DNA from: Tubulanus polymorphus
Lineage: Eukaryota > Animalia > Nemertea
DNA: 64,000 nucleotides
Assembly (NCBI RefSeq): GCF_964204645.1
Contig: NC_134025.1
Location: 2,418,001-2,482,000, forward strand
Reading direction: 5' to 3'
Shown here: in pieces, positions 55,921 to 64,000 of the stretch
Position numbering within the stretch: the stretch's first letter is position 1
How the letters are laid out: each line of letters opens with the position of its first letter
Position numbers and translations under genes: made by a program
The notes under the pieces: model-generated
Seen by the model: the letters and a program-made list of their open reading frames with translations, nothing else
The model's database searches: none
Told to the model about the DNA's origin: nothing

Positions 55921-57577
55921 CTAAACTCGAGTTTGAGGTTCATTTAAAACGTCCGCATTAATGCGAGTTATCAATGCACGCCTTTTAGTTTTCCATCGTT
56001 CGATACTTTTAGCTCGCAATTCATGCGTCTCTGATTTCATCGAGTTGTTTTTGGAATAGTTGTAATAAATACTGAAATTGTTTCCCAATATAGGTATGAT
56101 CATTCCAGCAAGTAGCAGTCCAGATAAAGCGCAAAGACCACCGACTATATATCCAAACGGAGTTAATGGATAATAATCCCCGAAACCAACAGTTGTCATT
56201 GTAACTATAGCCCACCAATAAGCGCTTATGATATTGGGAAATGAATCTTTTTGAATTTCAACTTCAAAAGCAAGAAGCGCAAATATCATCGTCCCGAGAA
56301 AAAATAGTATAACCAAAGTGAATAGTTCTTTTAGGTTTTTCCTGACCAGGATGATAAGTACTCGTAACCCTCCGAACACTGACGCTAAACGATTCAATTT
56401 CAATACTCTTAACATTATAAACATCTGAACTACAATGATGTATCGCGCATGATCTTCCCGGAAGTCTAACAGTAACAAAGTGAAAAATACCCAGTACGGG
56501 ATTATTGTGACTAGGTCCAGCCAGTTACTAAAGCTTTTAATGAAATTACATTTATCCGGAATTGTAATGATACGCAATGCGAATTCTAACGTCAATACAA
56601 TATTCAAAATCATATCCAGAATCAAAAGCCATAAAGAAATTTCTGTATCAGCGTAGAAATATTTCCATTTGGCGCTGTTGTTGATTTTGTCTTCATCGGC
56701 GAACACTGTTTTGTTCGCGGGCAATGGGATTCGACCCCACACAGAAAATGATATTGAAATGTCGATTACAGACATCGTCGCCACTAGTGATACAATAATA
56801 GCCCACACCTGAAATATTATAAACACAATAATCAATCAATAATTTCGAAGATGTAGGAACCAAATATCGACGATGTACGTAGTTAGATCACCTTTGAGAA
56901 TGTCGAATATCCAGGATATTCCAGATGAAGCCAAACTCGAGCCATATTCCCACAAATCTCTGATCTTTTATAAGCTTTCCTCAAAATCGACTCATAATCC
57001 ACGTAATACGTTCGATCTAGTTCATTTAATGTTTCTTGTTGTCCGGTTTTTTCTCCTACCCAATACAGACAACAAGGAGCCATGTAATCTCTGCTGATTT
57101 CCCAGAATTTCAATTCTTGCTCCAACAAATCGACGCAGATAGATTGAGGAACGTGCATCTGACCGTCGCGATAACAGCCGAGAATCGCGTTAAATAACGT
57201 CGGATCGCGATCGAAATATAAACTCACACATCGACAATTATCAGGAATTTCTAACTTAGAGAATATTTTTCCAAGGCGTGAAGTTCGAATCTTTAAAAGT
57301 GTTTTACGTAACGTTGTGAATATACGACCTCCAATATTTAGTCTCACCTAGTTTAATAATTCAACAGATAATAAATATACATAGGTATAACAGATTATCG
57401 AAAACTAAATACATTAAACCCAAATCAATGCATATGAATCAATATTTGATAGTTGAATATGATACACAAACACTGTGCTCAGAGCTTGCAGTACAAGCTG
57501 AATAATTTTACCTTGACTCCAGGTGGAAATGCATTATTTTCACCATATGATACACGAACATACTCGCACGTCGACAT
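55921..57577 (-). CDS. Divergent Shaw/Kv3-like K+ channel subunit, copy B
   Basis: Same architecture as copy A; first exon MSTCEYVRVSYGENNAFPPGVK splices to VRLNIGG. Confidence 0.88.
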
Positions 57578-57944
57578 CGTTCGGCGTAAACAATTCATTA
57601 AACTCCCAGGCGCAACAGATGATATAAATATTAAACTTAATGTATTCGTAATTATGAAAATTAGAAATTAGAAATTATTCTTAAAACGTTACGTCATTTG
57701 ACATTATATGGATGTATTTAGATACTGCGCTTGTTGTCATTATCAACCAGACCCCGTTCTTTGAAACATGAATGAATTATGAGTTCCAGTTATTTGTTTA
57801 TTGTCTCATGTGCCTTTTAGAATTTCAAACACCGCATCAATACAAATTGCTACAAATCAAATATGCAACGTTCCCAGCGCTCTTTTTGGTGTTTGGTGAA
57901 TTCGACAATATCGTGCAGTTTTTAGAATATTTACATGGTGAAAT

Positions 57945-58604
57945 CTAACTGAGGTATAGATAGTAATCAAATGATTCGACGATCCATAAACCGCTCACAC
58001 ATCTGTTCTTCCTCAATTTCAATTCAAATCCCATCGATTCATAAAAGTGTTTTAAATTCATTTTAACCGCCGCATATACACCAGCATATATCGACTTGTA
58101 GCCCATGTTTCGACAGTATTGGACGCAGTCGTTCATGAGAACGTTTCCAAGTTTTTGTCCGTGAAGATGCTTTGATAAACAGAGTTTAGTTACTTCAGCC
58201 ATTTTATCATAGCCACGGTGATGTATAATCCCGTAACAGCCGATCACTTCATCGCGATAAATCATTAGATTCACATTTGTGTCAGAACGACGTAGAAACT
58301 TGGGAAATTCAACAATCGCGTACCATATTTGAAAGACGAACCAGTAACAATATAACAGTACGAAAGCGCTTAGCATCATCAGCAACACCGTCCATATCGT
58401 TAAATACTCTCTCATCAGAATCCAGATAAATAACAAACAAAGAAATAAAACTCTAACAGTTACTGTTATATTGACGATATCATTTCTTACATAAGACGGG
58501 ACTGTTGGAATGTGAGCTGAAAGTAAAATCTTGATCACTCGGTTTTTATCCTTCTTTTCGTATGGTCGAAATTTTAACTCAGATACATTGATACGACTAT
58601 CCAT
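57945..58604 (-). CDS. NAT8/camello-like membrane GNAT acetyltransferase, copy 1
   Basis: FRPYEKKD start, hydrophobic insertion, VIGCYGI, motif A LCLSKHLHGQKLG, motif B HFYESMGF. Confidence 0.85.
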   Translation of the reverse strand: MDSRINVSELKFRPYEKKDKNRVIKILLSAHIPTVPSYVRNDIVNITVTVRVLFLCLLFIWILMREYLTIWTVLLMMLSAFVLLYCYWFVFQIWYAIVEFPKFLRRSDTNVNLMIYRDEVIGCYGIIHHRGYDKMAEVTKLCLSKHLHGQKLGNVLMNDCVQYCRNMGYKSIYAGVYAAVKMNLKHFYESMGFELKLRKNRCVSGLWIVESFDYYLYLS

Positions 58605-59939
58605 GTTGCCTATAACCTGTCAGGAAATCGAATGATTGAATCACCGTTCAAGAATAATTATCGGATGTTACTGCTGTTATTGGCGACGAAAAATATCTCA
58701 CTAAATCGAAATATTCATGTATCCAACTGGGAGACCAGAATCTCGGCGTAAGATCAGAAGACTAGGTGGGTCTACGCTATCACCTACGTCGCTGAGATTG
58801 GGACTCGAATGCTTCCCATTATAATGGATTAACATAAACCCGCCATCCCAGGCTAATAATGTACATGTAATTAAGGTACATCATGAATATTTTCTGATTA
58901 TCTATTCCTACCATGGAACGTAGGAAGTGCCAAAGATTTCCTCTTATTTTTTGGGATAAATTCCTTTCCACTCGTATATGCTCGTTTTCTCCTCCAGTAT
59001 TTCTAAGCTTTCTTATAATCTGTTTATCCCAGTTTTGTAGCTCAAGACATTGATATCACTCATTGACTTGTTATTAGCTGCTCATATACGACAATCGCTT
59101 AATAGGTGATTAGCCTCATCAGATTGAGGTGTTGTAAATGCGACTAGCGTTTATCTATTATTTTAGCCTTCCATTTTTATACTGTACCCTCTCAAGTAAA
59201 ACGAGGGGTATGCGACGAAACAAACAGACTCAATCGTGATATTCATGTATTCGTCCATCAGAAAATAAATAATCCCAAGTACATTTAAGCGATGATGGTA
59301 ATCGTTGTTATCGTGTCCATCACTTAGAATAATTATATTACTTTCTTTTCTTTTTCTTGCACCTTCAGATATAGACTGAGAATTGTCCGCAATTAGGTGA
59401 TCATTATAGGACATTAGTTTAATTAGATATTGAAAATGTTTATTCAATTAAAAGTTACGCTTTACGTAAATTGAATTGTCGTACTTGTTTACAGTTGTTC
59501 ATACATTTCAGCAAATTCTGCCTGAACTCGACATGTAATATAAACATTGCATAAAATACATAAATCGAAGCAACTTTATTTTTTGTCTTCACTGTTATAT
59601 TCTAATAATTCACACTGGCGTAAGCATTTAGATCGCCAGTAAAGAAATGACAATTCTATATATTCAATGTAATGTATTTTTAAAGATATCCCCCCCCTTA
59701 AAAAATATCGCTAAAACTATGCCGGTTATGAATAACGAATGAGAAGCGCGGATTCCGGATCGAACTTCTGAAATATGAAAAATAACACGATTGAATCATG
59801 AGTTCCAGTTATTTGTTTATTGTCTCATGTGCCGCATCAATACAAATTGCTACAAATCAAATATGCAACGTTCCCACTTTTTGGTGTTTGGTGAATTCGA
59901 CAATATCGTGCAGTTTTTAGAATATTTACATGGTGAAAT

Positions 59940-60599
59940 CTAACTGAGGTATAGATAGTAATCAAATGATTCGACGATCCATAAACCGCTCACACATCTG
60001 TTCTTCCTCAATTTCAATTCAAATCCCATCGATTCATAAAAGTGTTTTAAATTCATTTTAACCGCCGCATATACATCAGCATATATCGACTTGTAGCCCA
60101 TGTTTCGACAGTATTGAACACAGTCGTTCATGAGAACGTTTCCAAGTTTTTGTCCGTGAAAACGCTTTGATAAACAGAGTTTAGTTACTTCAGCCATTTT
60201 ATCATCGCCACGGTGATGTATAATCCCGTAACAGCCGATCACTTCATTGCGATAAATCATTAGATTCACATTTGTGTCAGAACGACGTTGAAACTTGGGA
60301 AATTCAACAATCGCGTACCATATTAAAAATACAAACCAGTAACAATATAACAGTACGAAAGCGCTTAGCATCATCAGCAACACCGTCCATATCGTTAAAT
60401 ACTCTCTCATCAGAATCCAGATAAATAACAAACAAAGAAATAAAACTTTAACAGTTACTGTTACATTGACGATATCATTTCTTACATAAGACGGAACTGT
60501 TGGAATGTGAGCTGAAAGTAAAATCTTGATCACTCGGTTTTTATCCTTCTTTTCGTATGGTCGAAATTTCAACTCAGCTATATTATTACAACTATCCAT
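59940..60599 (-). CDS. NAT8/camello-like GNAT, copy 2
   Basis: Near-identical to copy 1; the ATG homologous to the other copies is at 60599. Confidence 0.85.
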   Translation of the reverse strand: MDSCNNIAELKFRPYEKKDKNRVIKILLSAHIPTVPSYVRNDIVNVTVTVKVLFLCLLFIWILMREYLTIWTVLLMMLSAFVLLYCYWFVFLIWYAIVEFPKFQRRSDTNVNLMIYRNEVIGCYGIIHHRGDDKMAEVTKLCLSKRFHGQKLGNVLMNDCVQYCRNMGYKSIYADVYAAVKMNLKHFYESMGFELKLRKNRCVSGLWIVESFDYYLYLS

Positions 60600-61316
60600 A
60601 TTGTCGTTAGTATTGTGAGCTTTAGACAGACAGACAATGCCGACCCACAACGACGTAACAATTATCTCGTGCTTTATCCAGCTCTGGTAACAAAAGTCTA
60701 CAATGTTGATTTTTCCAAATCTAATCGTAGTAGTTAATGTGAAGACTGGTAGTACTTTTTAGGTCAACTTTTGTCCCACTTATGATTACCTGACTAGCGC
60801 TAAACACTAGCGCTAAACACTAAATCTCTTATTTCTGTTAAAATGAAGTTAACCTTCGAAATACGACTAGTCTTTGCGTTTACTGATTTGGCTCCAGGTT
60901 AACACCGCCCCTCTACGAATCCGATCATAGTTCGAGTGATTGGACAGAACCATTGATCAAAAATTAAACAGATAAATGATTAGAAAAGTGAGAATAAATC
61001 ATTTACTAGAAAAGTTCAATTCATTCAATACTTCAATATATATTCAATGTGTCAACAAGCATAGGTTCCAGGAATGATTATACAGTTCATATTTGAATTA
61101 CTTTACACTTGGGCGCGAGCATGCAATTTTGATGATATTCATCATGATTCTTTATCAATCTATGATAATCAATTTAGATTCTTAAAACCCTTCACACATG
61201 GTTACTTATAGGTTGTCAGGAAAACTCTATAGAGAAAGGCATTTTTGAAATGAAAACGGTTTCATACATCAATCCAGCTGTAATCCGTAATCGTGTGGTA
61301 ATTTAGAGTTCTAAAT

Positions 61317-61970
61317 CTAATTGAGGTATAGATAGTAATCGAATGATTCGACGATCCAAAAACCCCAACGTCGATTCGTCCTCAATTTCAATTCAAATCC
61401 CATCGATTCGTAAAACTTTTTCAAATTCACTACAGCCGCCGCGAAAACATCAGCATATATCGACTTGTAGCCCATGTTTCGACAGTATTGAATACAGTCG
61501 TTCAAGAGAACGTTTCCAAGTTTTTGTCCGTGAAACCGCTTTGATAAACAGAGTTTAGTTACTTCAACGTTTTCCCTATCCATAACTGGACGTATTCCGT
61601 AACAGCCGATCACTTCATTGCGATAAATCATCAGATTCATGCTAGTGTCAGAACGACGTGCAAACTTCGGAAATCCGATGAACACAAACCAAATGACAAA
61701 CGTAAACCAGTAAAAATATAACAGTACGAAAGCGCTTAGCATCATCAGCAACACCGTCCATATCGTTAAATACTCTCTCATCAGAATCCAGATAAATAAC
61801 AAACAAAGAAATAAAACTCTAACAGCTACTGTTACATTGACGATATCATTTCTTACATAAGACGGGACTGTTGGAATGTGACCCGACAGTAATATCTTGA
61901 TCACTCGGTTTCTATCCTTCTTTTCGTATGGTCGAAATTTCAACTCAGATATATTAATACAACTATCCAT
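61317..61970 (-). CDS. NAT8/camello-like GNAT, copy 3
   Basis: Same motifs, more diverged in the C-terminal half. Confidence 0.85.
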   Translation of the reverse strand: MDSCINISELKFRPYEKKDRNRVIKILLSGHIPTVPSYVRNDIVNVTVAVRVLFLCLLFIWILMREYLTIWTVLLMMLSAFVLLYFYWFTFVIWFVFIGFPKFARRSDTSMNLMIYRNEVIGCYGIRPVMDRENVEVTKLCLSKRFHGQKLGNVLLNDCIQYCRNMGYKSIYADVFAAAVVNLKKFYESMGFELKLRTNRRWGFWIVESFDYYLYLN

Positions 61971-62897
61971 GATGTCGTAACCTGTCTGGAAAGAAATACA
62001 AATCGCATGCTCAAATCACCGTTCAAGAACAAGTACATCTGATCACCATTGAGACCATTTTGTCAGAATATTTCCTGATTATCTATATACTTAACTACAA
62101 TAAAAAATAGGAATTGTCAAAGATTATGGCTTTCTCCAATATTTTGGACCCAATTAAACATAATGCAAGAGTTTTTAAGAATCAAAAGACTACGTACATT
62201 TTACATAGGTCTTAATAGTGTACGGAAATGGCTGGGGCTATTTTAGATTATCAGTCAAAAAGAAATACAATATCTCTAACCAATCTCTCACAATTTGACT
62301 TCAAAAACCTGAAAAATGATGGAATAATTCAACTTACAATACGATAAGTACCAAAAGAAACAAATCTCTAGTCGGCAATGTTCATAGTGGCACTCTACTA
62401 CATAGTCTCTATGGATGTATACAATCGTAGTTCAGGTTCACCAGGGTTCATGCGAGCATCTATCTTTAACACGTGTCTCGTGTACACTTCGCCATATTGC
62501 CAGTCGAACCTGCGGCAATAGGACACTTGAACCTACGAGTAATCAGTTGACATCATGATTGCTCGTAGCTTGAACTTACTTGCATTGTACATATGACGAG
62601 TACATAATTTTCTATCATAAATTAGGTCTTGAATAGTTTATAAGTTCTTTATTTGGGGTTTAAGTCATCGAGGTAACCATGAGGTAGAATATACAAGACA
62701 TTTTAGGTTTTTGCAATCTAATAATCTTGTTGGGCTAGTTGGAGACATCGGTTTTGCGAAACACATTAGAAGGTCAAAAGCTTTACATATCGAATTAGTA
62801 GCTGATTAAAACGAAAATATCGTGTACAACTATTCTGGCAAAAAATCGTTTCAAAATAATGATGATGTTGCTTTACTTAATAACTTATAAACACAAA

Positions 62898-63675
62898 CCT
62901 TTCCACCTCATCGAATATGCTCCTTTCTTTCCACCAGTATTTCTAAGCTTTCTTATTACGGTATCTGTTTATGCCTGTTTTGTAGCTCCAGACATAGATA
63001 TCATGATATTCAATGCAATATAACATTTCGACGTTCAAATATAAGTCATTATATAATCACAGGAAGCCATTCTACATCTATGTCAATAATATTTTGCCAG
63101 ATAGCTTGTTTGTGTACACATAGACCTGTGACGTTTTGCACATCGATTTACGGCTGTCGTTTGTAAAATGACGCTGAATGGTTAACATTGTTTAGGTTTC
63201 ATAATGGTAACGTTTTATAAGGCGTCAAAAAACCAAACGAAATCTAGCAATTGAATAAATAACAGGGTAAATCCCTTTTTCAAGATCCAAAAAAACTAGG
63301 GATATGCATGTAAGGACAGATACCCGCCGTGACGGAACAAACAGACGTAGTGCATATTGCGATGATGGTACCTTGTATCCATAACTCTTAGATTTCTTTC
63401 ATTTCTTCGTCTTGCACTTTCAGATATAGACATCACATAATGACTGAGCTGATCATTATACGATATTCGCTTAATCCTATATTGTGAATATAATTAATCA
63501 TTAGTTGCGCTTTATGTAAATTGAATTGTCGCACTTGTTGACTTATCAGTCGTGCATACATTTCAGAAAATTCTGCCTGAACTCGACACGTATACATACA
63601 TTGTACATAAATTGAAACCACTTTACTTTTGTACTCGCTATATTTAGAGAATTTACACTGGCGTGAGCATTTAGA
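62898..63675. repeat. Diverged duplicate of non-coding segment ~58966-59630
   Basis: Shared ccagtatttctaagctttcttat, cttgcac.ttcagatatagac, aattctgcctgaactcgaca and cactggcgt.agcatttaga. Confidence 0.8.
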
Positions 63676-64000
63676 GAGTGTGTGGAAACAACTTTTAGCT
63701 TAAGAACAACTTAATTTAGGAAAGGCGTATTTTGATGTGTTTACTATATGCCACCCATTCGCCCGAATTGTCGCATAAAACATGGCGATTAGATTACTGT
63801 TTAGAATCAAACAAATTACAATTTGGAATTTCTGGCAAAATCATGAAAAGCAAAGTACGTGGCTACATTGTAAACATATTTTATTTGCGACTAAATCCTC
63901 GCGAAATCCCATAGGCATGAATTAAGTAAGTTACACAACAAATTAAATCTGCTTAACCATTAAATAATTACATATATTCCATACTTAGATAAAGATATCG

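Noticed and set aside
60600-60650. N-terminal extension of NAT8-like copy 2
   Set aside because: It depends on a GTG start; the ATG homologous to the other copies is at 60599.

Overview
Compact, AT-rich, intron-rich animal genomic DNA, probably a marine invertebrate such as a lophotrochozoan (the taxon is inferred, not proven). Genes in order: a secreted VWA + Thr/Lys-rich mucin-like repeat + two-Cys mini-exon protein (-, runs off the left edge); a CHST15-like sulfotransferase (-); protein kinase D (-); RNF8 (+); a GPATCH2/2L-like gene (-); an intact Gypsy LTR retrotransposon (-); NUP205 (+, with a U12 intron); two tandem divergent Shaw/Kv3-like K+ channel genes (-); three tandem NAT8/camello-like GNAT acetyltransferases (-). 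The Gypsy element has identical 192-bp LTRs, a 4-bp TSD and a -1 frameshift pseudoknot, and carries a coiled-coil + SGNH-hydrolase ORF in the env position. Introns contain many small non-autonomous DNA transposons. Best leads: the esterase-carrying Gypsy element, the modular VWA-mucin-Cys protein and the gate-mutated GFG Kv subunits. Exon structures were read by eye and CDS spans include introns.
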